A stretch of 64,000 nt of DNA from Candidatus Hydrogenedentes bacterium UBA2224. GTDB taxonomy: Bacteria > Hydrogenedentota > Hydrogenedentia > Hydrogenedentales > SLHB01. Below the pieces are notes generated by a model that made no database searches, had not been told where the DNA came from, and worked only from the letters and a program-made list of their open reading frames with translations. Shown here one piece after another: positions 1-9,278 of the stretch. The stretch's first letter is position 1, and every line of letters starts with the position of its first letter. The stretch is taken from NCBI GenBank assembly GCA_002348185.1, contig DDYW01000181.1, positions 77,531 through 141,530 of the forward strand. Reading direction: 5' to 3'. Made by a program: the position numbers and the translations under genes.

Positions 1-436
1 CCCCGGAAAATGAAATGGCGAGCTGGGTGCGATCTCCCGTGGCCAGAGGCTTCGGAAGAGCCACACGCACAAGGCCCCCCTGCCGGGAAACGGGGAGCAT
101 CTGACCGGCAGACAGTGCCGAAAACGAGCTCAAACCGGGGTTGAGGATGAAGGAAACCGCCTCCAAGCCAGCGCCCCCGCATTCGACGTCGAGGACGCCG
201 TGCCCCTGCAGGCGCCCCGTGTCGGGATGAATCTCGATCTCCAGAGTCTGCGTGACAATGCGCTGCGACGCAATCGCCCGGGCCATTCGGGCATCCAGAA
301 CACGCCGGGCCCAGGGAGGCCCGTCCGGGTACTGATTCAGCCGTTCCTGCGCAATGCGAAACGCGAGAAACGCCCCGGCCAGCAGGGCGACGCCCCCCAC
401 AAGCAGAACCGACTTCGTCGTTCGCCGCCTCTTCAT
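1..436 (-). CDS. hypothetical membrane-anchored protein, N-terminal part only (gene continues beyond window start)
   Basis: Hand translation of the reverse strand from the ATG at 436 gives MKRRRTTKSVLLVGGVALLAGAFLAFRIAQERLNQYPDGPPW..., with a basic N-terminus followed by one hydrophobic helix. The frame stays open to position 1. It is absent from the ORF track because it is truncated. It lies in tandem with the downstream minus-strand gene. Confidence 0.4.
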   Translation of the reverse strand, partial: MKRRRTTKSVLLVGGVALLAGAFLAFRIAQERLNQYPDGPPWARRVLDARMARAIASQRIVTQTLEIEIHPDTGRLQGHGVLDVECGGAGLEAVSFILNPGLSSFSALSAGQMLPVSRQGGLVRVALPKPLATGDRTQLAISFSG

Positions 437-469
437 CGAGTCGCGACCGCTCAATGCGCTCCGTTGGCT

Positions 470-1738
470 TCAGCCTCTCGGCTCAATGCGGGGAAACCCG
501 TCATAGACGATCTTGACGAACTCCCCCTCACTGAGAATGGACATTCGAGCGGCTTCGGTGACCAATTCGTTGATGCTGCTGTTCGCGGGGGTGGCAATGA
601 GCCGTTTTTCGTCAATTTCGGTGATTATTCCCCGGCGTTTCGCGAGGGCATCGGCCTCCGGCAGGCCGGCCGTTTCCGCGCGCATACGGCCAATACTCCC
701 CAGGTTTGCCGCCACGGAATCGTACCCGTAGCCCATGGGCTTGTTGCCCGGCCCTTCCCAGGGCCCCAGTTGGAAGAAATCCGGGTTAACGAAGTTGAAG
801 ACCGTCCCGCCCGGACCCAGGCCCTCCATGTAGGAATGGCTCACACCGCGGAACTGATCATTGTGCTGGATCAGTCCCGTCTTCCCCGGGCCTTCACAAT
901 AAAGCACCAGGCCCTGTTCGTTCGGGCCCGCGCCTTCGTCGGGATAGCCCAGGCCATTGATGACCGACAACACGGCGTCATTCTCAAACACCACACGCCC
1001 CTGAGACCAGAGGTAGCCCACGTTGCCATTCGGGAACGTCCCCTTGACTCCGTGGACGGACACTCCCACCGGTTTCAGACCCGTGATGAAATAGGTCAGA
1101 TCGACGTAGTGGCATCCGATGTACACGAAGGGGTCGGTGTTTTCGCAGGTGAACCAGTTCTGAAAGTTGGAATGACGGTACAGATACGGTTCAATCAGCT
1201 TGGCCTCCCCCATGACGAAGTCGCCAAAATGGCCCTGCTCGTAGTGTCCGCGGGCAATCAGGGCGCGCCGGTCGAAGCGCTTGTGGTACTCGACCCCGAC
1301 AAAGAGGCCCTTTTCCCGGGCCAGTTCCTCGACCTCGACGGCCTGGACGTACTTGAGCACCAGCGGCTTTACGCACAGCACGTGCTGGTTGTTGTTCAGA
1401 GCCTCCATCACCACGGGATAATGCAACTGGTCTGGCATGGCCACCACCACCGCGTTGTACGGCGGCATCTTGGCCAGGACCTCCTTATAGAGCTCCGGGA
1501 AGTCTTGCTCCCCCGCCTTGTTCAGGGCGGGGTGCGCCGCGAAATCCTGTCCCGGAAAGGCCTTCGCAAACTGCGGGTTCTCTTTGAGGGCGCGCAGGGG
1601 ACGGTTGTTCAGCGCGCAGATGCTGATCTCGCCCACGACGCCAAGCCGCTGCAAATGATAGATCGACGGAAGCAGCAAGTCATTGGTAATCATGCCCCCG
1701 CCAACAATGGTCACATCAAATGCGTTCGCATTGGCCAT
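470..1738 (-). CDS. Gfo/Idh/MocA family NAD(P)-dependent oxidoreductase
   Basis: The N-terminus has the Rossmann motif VTIVGGGMI. Its length of 422 aa and the EKPL/KPL-type region are typical of Gfo/Idh/MocA dehydrogenases. The overlapping + strand ORF 200..1828 is a shadow ORF. Confidence 0.8.
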   Translation of the reverse strand: MANANAFDVTIVGGGMITNDLLLPSIYHLQRLGVVGEISICALNNRPLRALKENPQFAKAFPGQDFAAHPALNKAGEQDFPELYKEVLAKMPPYNAVVVAMPDQLHYPVVMEALNNNQHVLCVKPLVLKYVQAVEVEELAREKGLFVGVEYHKRFDRRALIARGHYEQGHFGDFVMGEAKLIEPYLYRHSNFQNWFTCENTDPFVYIGCHYVDLTYFITGLKPVGVSVHGVKGTFPNGNVGYLWSQGRVVFENDAVLSVINGLGYPDEGAGPNEQGLVLYCEGPGKTGLIQHNDQFRGVSHSYMEGLGPGGTVFNFVNPDFFQLGPWEGPGNKPMGYGYDSVAANLGSIGRMRAETAGLPEADALAKRRGIITEIDEKRLIATPANSSINELVTEAARMSILSEGEFVKIVYDGFPRIEPRG

Positions 1739-1822
1739 ACCTATCCCCTTCCGTGGTTTCCCGGAAATCCCCTGCGCGCAAACCGGCGTATTCCGTGCGC
1801 GCTCACCTGTGGCCCAACGAGC

Positions 1823-2977
1823 TCATGACGGCTCGTCGGGCAGCTCGGGTTCCTCGGCCTTCCCGCTCTCTTCCCCGGGAGCCGCGGCCGGCGCATCCGG
1901 CAACGCGGGCGTCTCTTCCTTCTTGGGAAGCAGGATCTCGATCTTCACGTCGGCGATAGCCTTTTCAAGAAACTCGCCGAACTCGCGGTTCTTCGCTCTC
2001 GCCTCCACGGCATTGCGGATTTCGTCCTGCACTTCCTCAAATTCCACGGGACGGGCCGGGTCACGTTCGCTGACTTTCATGATGTGCCAGCCGTAGCGCG
2101 TCTGGAACGGCTCGCTCACCTCCCCAATGGGAAGCTCAAACATCAGCTTGTCGAATTCCGGAACCATTCTGTCATGGGGCACATCCTCAAATACGCCGCC
2201 GCGGGGCGCGGACGATTCGTCCTCGGAAACTTCTTTCGCGACCTCGCCAAAATCTTCCTTCCCGTTCACAACCCGGTCGCGCGCCGCGTCGATTCGCGTC
2301 TTCGCTTCCGCGATAACTTCTTCCGCGCCCTCCTGGGGCGCCAGAATCAGAATGTGAGCCACATCGGCGGTCTCTGGCTTTTCCATGCGGCCCGCTTGCT
2401 TCAGTTCCTCATACGCCTGCTTCACCTCGTCATCCGTCACCGTGATATCTTTGGTCTTTTCGTCGAAGAACTTCTGGCAGATCAACTGCTCCCGCATCTT
2501 CGCCTTCAGTTCCTCCTCGGTAATGCCCCGGGCCGCCATAATCTGTTCAAGCTGACCCTCCGGCATGCCTCCTTTGACTTTGGCGAATTCCTCGTTCACC
2601 GCCTCCTCCGGGATGGTGGTCTCGGCCCGTTTCGCGAGGACGTAGATGGCCTTGCCCCGGATGAGGGACTGCAGCACGCGTTCCGCATCCTCCCGATTCA
2701 GAGGTTCAGGCGGCTGACTGGGATCGCGGTTGGGATCCGAGGCGGCGCGCTCGGCCTTCATGCGCATCGCGGCAGCCATCGCCTGCTGCAGTTCCTCGCC
2801 TGTGATCTCCTCGCCTTCGACTTTTGCCACGATTTCGGGAATCTGCGGGGGCTGGCTCTCGAGCGCCGGAGCTTCCGCTTCACCCGCGAAGGCCCCGGAC
2901 ACCGACAGCACGGCGAGCAGCATCGCTCCCAGAACCGGCACAATGGCCCACATCTTCGCTACAGACCGAGTACGCAT
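1823..2977 (-). CDS. SurA/PrsA-like peptidyl-prolyl cis-trans isomerase (parvulin/PpiC domain), secreted
   Basis: There is a signal peptide MRTRSVAKMWAIVPVLGAMLLAVLSVSGAFAG. The central region resembles a SurA chaperone region. The PpiC/parvulin domain carries HILI...FGEVAKEVSEDESSAPRGGVFEDV...GWHIMKV. The C-terminus is an acidic tail. I chose the signal-peptide Met as the start; the ORF extends to 2998. Confidence 0.75.
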   Translation of the reverse strand: MRTRSVAKMWAIVPVLGAMLLAVLSVSGAFAGEAEAPALESQPPQIPEIVAKVEGEEITGEELQQAMAAAMRMKAERAASDPNRDPSQPPEPLNREDAERVLQSLIRGKAIYVLAKRAETTIPEEAVNEEFAKVKGGMPEGQLEQIMAARGITEEELKAKMREQLICQKFFDEKTKDITVTDDEVKQAYEELKQAGRMEKPETADVAHILILAPQEGAEEVIAEAKTRIDAARDRVVNGKEDFGEVAKEVSEDESSAPRGGVFEDVPHDRMVPEFDKLMFELPIGEVSEPFQTRYGWHIMKVSERDPARPVEFEEVQDEIRNAVEARAKNREFGEFLEKAIADVKIEILLPKKEETPALPDAPAAAPGEESGKAEEPELPDEPS

Positions 2978-3087
2978 TGCTTTATCTCCTGGTCCCAACG
3001 GGACCCTTACGATACCGGAAGCGGTTTAACGGGCGGCCGATTGCCGATATCTGGTCGTTCTCTGGTAATGAATGGAGCGGCTCTCCG

Positions 3088-4140
3088 TTACAGGGTGACG
3101 GGCCGGCCCGTACGCGCCGATTCGTAGATGGCTTCGATCAGGGCCACGGAACGCCGGCCTTCCTTGCCATCGATTTTCGGCGCACGATTATGCCTGATGG
3201 CATCCGTAAAATCCTCAATCTGCCGGCGGTGGCCTTCGCAGGTCACGTTGGCCATCGGGTCCGACGCCCCCGCGCCAGGCGCAGTCACGGGCATCCCGGC
3301 GCGGATGGTCTCATCATCGGGGCGTTCCTCTTTGAATTTCCAGAAGCGCAGGATTCCGTCTTCCAGCACGGCTCCGCCCTGGTCGCCGTGCACTTCCAGG
3401 CGCGCCGGATGTCCCGGCCACACCGCGGTACTGCCCTCGATGACGCCCATGGAACCGTTCTCAAACTCGACGATGGCGCACGCCAGGTCTTCCACTTCAA
3501 GCCCCTCGTGCCCCACGAGGTTCGTGCGCGCGAACACGCTTTTCACCGGGCCAAAGAACCACAGCAACAAATCGATCTGATGGATGCCCTGGTTCATCAG
3601 GCACCCGCCGCCATCCAGACGCCGCGTGCCCCGCCACGAACCGCTCTTGTAGTAGTCGTCCGACCGGTACCACTTGATGTACGCATCGCCCAGCACAAGC
3701 TTGCCAAACCGCCCTTCGTCGAGCGCCTCTTTGACCAGACGCGCCCCGTCCGCAAACCGGTTCTGAAAAATGCACGCGAGCTTTACGCCCGCTTCATCGA
3801 CGGCCCGGAGCAGCGCATCAATCCGTTCCGTATTCACCTCAAGGGGCTTTTCGGAGATGATGTGTTTCCCGGCCCGGGCGCAGGCGGCGCCGACCTCGGC
3901 CCGCATACCGCTGGGAATGCAGAGGTTTACGACATGGACATCATCCCGTTTCAGGAGCTCCTGATAGTCGCTGTACGGGGCAGCCCCGAAACGCTCGGCC
4001 AGTTTCCGCGCGTTTTGTTCAACCACATCCGACACCGCGACCAGCCGTGCCCCTTCAACCTTCTGAATCGCCTCTGCGTGCATGGGGGCAATGTTCCCGC
4101 AACCGATGATGCCGTACCCTACTTCCGCCATTGATTTCAT
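3088..4140 (-). CDS. Gfo/Idh/MocA family oxidoreductase
   Basis: The N-terminus GYGIIGCGNIAPMHAEA is a Rossmann fold. An EKPL motif and a C-terminal alpha/beta domain are present. Length is 350 aa. Confidence 0.85.
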   Translation of the reverse strand: MKSMAEVGYGIIGCGNIAPMHAEAIQKVEGARLVAVSDVVEQNARKLAERFGAAPYSDYQELLKRDDVHVVNLCIPSGMRAEVGAACARAGKHIISEKPLEVNTERIDALLRAVDEAGVKLACIFQNRFADGARLVKEALDEGRFGKLVLGDAYIKWYRSDDYYKSGSWRGTRRLDGGGCLMNQGIHQIDLLLWFFGPVKSVFARTNLVGHEGLEVEDLACAIVEFENGSMGVIEGSTAVWPGHPARLEVHGDQGGAVLEDGILRFWKFKEERPDDETIRAGMPVTAPGAGASDPMANVTCEGHRRQIEDFTDAIRHNRAPKIDGKEGRRSVALIEAIYESARTGRPVTL

Positions 4141-4417
4141 CCCTGCCTCGTTGTTGGTTTTCGCCTGGTCTCACAACCGGAATCCGTATTGCGGCCTCTT
4201 CCGTGTCTGACTCGCGCGCAGCACGGGTTCCGCATCGCGGGGCAGGCCGCGCGGAAACCGCCGGAACCCGGAACCCACGATGGCGTATCATAGCAGATGG
4301 GGCGTTCCCGATGCGACCATTCCCAAACGGCGCTGCCAGAGATAACTCGTTGAGGACGAACCCTTTTGCCTTGACTTCGCAATGGGCCGGGGGTCTTCGC
4401 TGGCTGCACGCCTCACC

Positions 4418-5470
4418 TTATGCTTCAGAGGTTCGCGCGTCTCCCCAGCGCCGCACGGCGTCCACGAGATGGCACACGTGCTCAAACGGCGTCTGGCCCA
4501 GGAGTCCGTGGTTCAGGTTAAAGATGTGCCCCCGGCATTCCCCGGATTCAATGACCGCATGCGCGGCGCTCGTGATGGCGTCCAGAGAGCCCTCAGCGAG
4601 GAGTCCGTTATCGAGATTGCCCTGCACCACCCGTTCGGCGCCTACCCGCCTCCGTGCCTCCGCAATCGTCAGATGGGCCGGCAGACTCAGGATGTCCGCC
4701 CCGGACGCATCGAGCAGACGCACGTCTTCAATATCCCGCGCAAACGCGATGGTGGGCGCCGTCCCGCGCATCGCTTCGAACACCTGCTGCTGATACGGCA
4801 ATGCGAATTCGCGGTAGGCAGCGGCATCGAGAACCGGCGCGGCGGATTCAAACAACTGCACGGCGTCCGCGCCCGCTTCGATCTGGAGATTCAGGTAATC
4901 AATCGTGACCTGCGTCAACTTCTCGAGCAGGGCATGGGCGGACTGGGACCGCTCCGCCAGAAAACGCCTGGCCCTGGGCGCCTCTTTCCCAAAGCTCCCT
5001 CCTTCGACCAGAAACACCAGCAGCGTGAACGGCGCTCCCGCAAAGCCGAGCACCGGCATTTCGCCGTCCAGCTCCCGCCGGATGATCCGAAAGATCGCAG
5101 GAATGAATGGGAGCGCGCGCGCCGCATCGTAGGCGTGCAGCCTTTCGAGGTCGCGCGTTTCCCGGAACGGCGTTTCCAGCACGGGGCCCGGGCGAAAGAT
5201 GAACGGCGCGCCCATGGGGGCGAGCGGCGTCAGAATGTCCTGAAAGTAGATAATCGCGTCCACGCCGATGCGTTTGGGGAGCAGGGAAATCCGCGCGGCG
5301 AATTCCGGATTCCGAAACAACGCTTCAAGCGGAAGCCCCGCCTCGTCCCGGAGCGCATTGTATTCGGGATCCGTCCGGCCGGCCTGCCGCATCAACCAGA
5401 CCGGCGGGCGGCTCGTCCGTTCTCCGCGAGCGGCGCGCAGAAAAAGCTCGTTCCGGTATGGACGCATCAC
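4418..5470 (-). CDS. hemE: uroporphyrinogen decarboxylase
   Basis: The hallmark N-terminal motif PVWLMRQAGR is present. At 350 aa it is collinear with HemE/URO-D. Confidence 0.9.
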   Translation of the reverse strand: MMRPYRNELFLRAARGERTSRPPVWLMRQAGRTDPEYNALRDEAGLPLEALFRNPEFAARISLLPKRIGVDAIIYFQDILTPLAPMGAPFIFRPGPVLETPFRETRDLERLHAYDAARALPFIPAIFRIIRRELDGEMPVLGFAGAPFTLLVFLVEGGSFGKEAPRARRFLAERSQSAHALLEKLTQVTIDYLNLQIEAGADAVQLFESAAPVLDAAAYREFALPYQQQVFEAMRGTAPTIAFARDIEDVRLLDASGADILSLPAHLTIAEARRRVGAERVVQGNLDNGLLAEGSLDAITSAAHAVIESGECRGHIFNLNHGLLGQTPFEHVCHLVDAVRRWGDARTSEA

Positions 5471-5480
5471 GTACTCTCGC

Positions 5481-8400
5481 TCACCAGAGGATTTCGCACG
5501 TGACCTCGACTCCCTTCGTGGAATGCTTCAGTATCACGCCCTGGAGTTCCGCGTCATACAGCCAGGCGCTTTCCGCGGCGAGCATTTCCTCGGAACTGGA
5601 CACGCGCGCCCCAGCCCCCCGGACCGATTGCGGCTCGGCCACCGGCGCAAGGTACGTGTGCGTGGCGGGCGCGTACATGTCGCGTAACGTGAATTCAAGG
5701 CGTCCTTCCTGCAGCCCGGCGTCGCTCCGGACAATCTCCGCGGGCGAATTCAGAAACATCGGCTGACCGCCCGGGCCCTCGTACCGGATACAGCGGATTT
5801 CAGGCGATTGCCCCCGCAACCGGAACCCGTTCACCAGGATGTTCTCAGGGTTGATGTCCGTGGGATTGGGGCTGTTCCGGACCATGTTCCACGAGTCCGG
5901 GTAGCAGCCTTTGCTGGGGCCGTTTGTGTATTGCTGGCGCATGGCCGACATCAGAATCCCCTCCGCGACCGTTTTCCACGGGAACGAGTCGTCGAACTCG
6001 GCGAGATCCTGCAGGCTGTAGGCGTAGACCAGCCCGCACCACACCACCGGCAGGCCGAGCCACGAATGGGTGTAGAACGTCGAGCCAAACACGGCAATGA
6101 CGTTGTGGGACATGGTGGGGATGCCCTCGATCTCCCACATGTAGATGAACGGGAGACCGGTCCACGCCCAATACCGGGCCTGCGCCAGATGCGCGGGATC
6201 CCCCGTCAACCGGTACGCCTCACAATAGGCGCGAACCGCCTGCCCGGCGGCCAGGACATCGGGCTGGTAGAGCGGGCACTCCCAGACTTGAGCGCCCCGG
6301 GGGATTTCGTAGCGTTCCATCTGCTTCATGGCGTCAAGCGCCTGCGCGGCAAGCTGCGGATCGCCCGTCAAGCGCGCGGCGCGCAGCGCATGAAGCGCGG
6401 GCCCGGCAGCCTGGCCGAGCGTGTGATCCCCCGGCGTCCCCAGAGTCCGGTGCTGGTCCCCCGCGGGTTCCCAGACCCAGAGGCCGTCTTTCCGGGCCGC
6501 CAGATGGGCGTGGGCGCTGTCTCTGAAACCCTTGAGCGACTCCGCCAGATACCCATAGAGAAACGGGAATTCGCCGCACAGGATGTGGCATCCGGACGAC
6601 GTCCAGAGCTGCCGCGGCCCCAGTTCCCCGAGGGTGCGCCGGGCAACCGAGTCGATACGCCGTTCAATCTCAGGTGCAACACTGGGGGCGACTCCAGCCG
6701 CCAGGTCCAGCATCAGGGGTACTGCATGCCCGATGGACGGTCCACTGGGCCACCCCTGGCAATGGCTCCAGCCCGCGGGGTCCTCGTGCCACACCGATGA
6801 GAAATAGGCCTCCCGGCACAGCGCCTTCTCTTCCTCCCAATCCCGCGGCGGCGTGCCCGGACCCGGCAGGCCAAACAGCTCAAACCACTGCTGCATGGCC
6901 TGCAGCACCAGTCCGCCGGAATGCGGGCCGTGAACAATGCTCTCCGCCCCGTAGCGCGCCCGGTGATCGAGCACGAGCCAGGCCTCGAGATGCAGCCGCT
7001 GGCCTTTCTTGATCGGAAACGGGTTTTCCGCCGCTTCGAAGTGGTTTTCGGGCACATAGTCGCCCACGGATGGCGCAAACAGCGACAGGTGCGTGTATTC
7101 CATGCCCGCGTCATAGGCCGGCGCCTGGAAGCGCGCCGCGGGACGCCGCACACCAGGGGCCCATTCCTGCTGCGCGTCCCACAGGAGCGCCACCAGCGCG
7201 TCCTCCCCCTGCACGGCCATGAGCGGCGTCGTGATCTTGTGTGCGGCCGACACCCGCCGGTCGTGCAGAGGAGGCGCAAGATCACGCGTCGACGATGAGG
7301 GTTCGCCCCCCTCGAGGTACTCCAGTCCCGGGAACAGCGCAAAATCCTTCCGGGCGCCAAACGCGCGGTCTCCCGCCAGCACATCCGGCAGCGAGAACGC
7401 GGCAATCCCGGCGTCTTCCGGCGCGATGGTCTCCACTTCCAGATGGATGCGCGCGCTGTCAGCCTCCGCATAGGCCATCAGAAGGATCGGCCAGGACAAA
7501 CCGGTCTCGCTTTCGGCAATCCCGTAAATGCACAGCCAGGTCGAACGCAGCGGATGGATGTTGCTGATCTGAAGCCGCAACTCCTCGAGCGAACCATCCG
7601 CATGGCGCAACATCAGACGGCATAGCGGATACAACGACGCCACACGACGCCACGCAGCCCCGTCCCAAGTGTCGGCCATGGCATACGCGGCGCCGTTTTC
7701 ATCCACGACGAGCGCGAGCCGTGACCAGGCGTTGGCCACGACGGCGCGAATGTCGCCGTTCCGCTCAACAATGACGACGGGCTCCTCCGTGCGTGGATGC
7801 AGGGGCACCCGTTCCTCCGGAAAGACATGTACGCGCAGCTTCGCACCGGCATCAAACTGCCACTCCCCCGTTGATTGCGCCACGAGTCCGCGCCAGGCCA
7901 GGGTGCTCTCTTCGCCGGGCAGAAGCCGGTCGACCGGGATCGCCTCGGCGGCGCCAGGGCCGAGTTCGGCAAGGTCCCGGCCATCGTCTGTGCGCAACGT
8001 CCACAAGAGCCGGCGGGTGTGCGTGCCCCGGCCCGTATTGCGCACGCGCCCAATGATGCTGAACGGCTTTCCCGCCGTCACCAGGGGAGAGCTGAGCTCG
8101 GCAGCCACGACTTCCAGCTCAGGAAGGTATACCCCCGCGTAAACATTCGCGATAGACGCGGCCCCGGTTTCAACATCCATCGCCGGCGCCTGAAACGCAT
8201 CGAACGCCAGCGGCAGGAGATGCGTTCCCGGTTCCAGCATGGCGCTTACGGGGCGGCTCCCATTCCGGAGCACGACCCGGGCCGATTCCTGGCACACGAC
8301 CTCGACCAGCGCCAGGCCTTTAGCCTCCGCGGGCACCGCAGCGGGATCCACGGCGGGCCAGAAATCCAGCAACAGGGGTTCGCCCCAGAGCGCCCAGTCG

Positions 8401-8924
8401 TAATTCGAGTTGCCCGCTATGGCGTTCGTATGAAATTCGATGCCAATCGACCGGCCCCCCCAGGACGACACGTCAACGCACCGGGGTTTCCAGCCAAACT
8501 CCGCCACTTCTTCTTCAAAGACATTCTCGCCTTCGACAAACACCGAAAAGCGAACGCCATTCGGCGTATTCGGTGTCGCGTCCCAATCGAACCCCGGGCG
8601 AAGTCCCACATGGAAATACAGGAGGCACCGGCGCCCTTCAGAGACATCGGGCACAGCGATCTCAGGAAAGCTCAGGACGGCATCGTCCGCGCCGGCGGGA
8701 TGCAGAAAGATGGCCGGCATACGGTCCCCGTCCGCCCCTTCAAGCTGCCCCGCCGAAGCGGCCAGGGCGTTCGTGACCGTCCCGTCCGCATACCGCGTCA
8801 CCCATTCGTCCAGAACCTGGATCGACCCCGGCTCGCGCGTCTCCGCGACTGCATGGAGACAACAGACGCCCGCTATGACAAAGACACACACAATGGACCG
8901 GTTGGGAAACAGAACCTTACGCAT
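5481..8924 (-). CDS. large secreted protein of unknown function (about 1150 aa)
   Basis: It is a continuous ORF. The signal peptide MRKVLFPNRSIVCVFVIAGVCCLHAVA was chosen as the start. It is Trp-rich with no motif I can name. The C-terminal half may be an alpha/alpha-toroid glycosidase-like fold, which is speculative. Confidence 0.55.
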   Translation of the reverse strand: MRKVLFPNRSIVCVFVIAGVCCLHAVAETREPGSIQVLDEWVTRYADGTVTNALAASAGQLEGADGDRMPAIFLHPAGADDAVLSFPEIAVPDVSEGRRCLLYFHVGLRPGFDWDATPNTPNGVRFSVFVEGENVFEEEVAEFGWKPRCVDVSSWGGRSIGIEFHTNAIAGNSNYDWALWGEPLLLDFWPAVDPAAVPAEAKGLALVEVVCQESARVVLRNGSRPVSAMLEPGTHLLPLAFDAFQAPAMDVETGAASIANVYAGVYLPELEVVAAELSSPLVTAGKPFSIIGRVRNTGRGTHTRRLLWTLRTDDGRDLAELGPGAAEAIPVDRLLPGEESTLAWRGLVAQSTGEWQFDAGAKLRVHVFPEERVPLHPRTEEPVVIVERNGDIRAVVANAWSRLALVVDENGAAYAMADTWDGAAWRRVASLYPLCRLMLRHADGSLEELRLQISNIHPLRSTWLCIYGIAESETGLSWPILLMAYAEADSARIHLEVETIAPEDAGIAAFSLPDVLAGDRAFGARKDFALFPGLEYLEGGEPSSSTRDLAPPLHDRRVSAAHKITTPLMAVQGEDALVALLWDAQQEWAPGVRRPAARFQAPAYDAGMEYTHLSLFAPSVGDYVPENHFEAAENPFPIKKGQRLHLEAWLVLDHRARYGAESIVHGPHSGGLVLQAMQQWFELFGLPGPGTPPRDWEEEKALCREAYFSSVWHEDPAGWSHCQGWPSGPSIGHAVPLMLDLAAGVAPSVAPEIERRIDSVARRTLGELGPRQLWTSSGCHILCGEFPFLYGYLAESLKGFRDSAHAHLAARKDGLWVWEPAGDQHRTLGTPGDHTLGQAAGPALHALRAARLTGDPQLAAQALDAMKQMERYEIPRGAQVWECPLYQPDVLAAGQAVRAYCEAYRLTGDPAHLAQARYWAWTGLPFIYMWEIEGIPTMSHNVIAVFGSTFYTHSWLGLPVVWCGLVYAYSLQDLAEFDDSFPWKTVAEGILMSAMRQQYTNGPSKGCYPDSWNMVRNSPNPTDINPENILVNGFRLRGQSPEIRCIRYEGPGGQPMFLNSPAEIVRSDAGLQEGRLEFTLRDMYAPATHTYLAPVAEPQSVRGAGARVSSSEEMLAAESAWLYDAELQGVILKHSTKGVEVTCEILW

Positions 8925-9278
8925 GCTCTCTCTCTGAACCTTCGCGGGATGAACCGCCGAAGGCGGATACACGACTCAATCGGCAAAACGCCGGGATAGT
9001 AAATTTGGCAGAAAGTATAGATTGACCGGATCGGCATATCAATTCCTCCACCCAGCGCGGCGTCCGAAGACCCAATCGCGGGGCAGGCACGGGCAGGCGG
9101 AGGATGATGCCCTGGACCGCAAGTGCCCCAACGATTCACGGTGCGCTCAGCCCTCGAATCCGGCTCCAGCGTCAAGCCCATTGGAATGCCCCAACCCCTG
9201 CCGATACAATAACCCCAGCAGAAACCCCAGCAGAGACCCGCGCATGTGGGGCGGAGTCTCCCGTGCTGTGTCCTCTGG

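Noticed and set aside
200-1828. 542-aa + strand ORF
   Set aside because: It is the antisense shadow of the Gfo/Idh/MocA gene (470-1738, -). That gene has a clear Rossmann motif, while the + frame translation is Arg/Pro/Gly-rich low complexity, typical of high-GC shadow ORFs.
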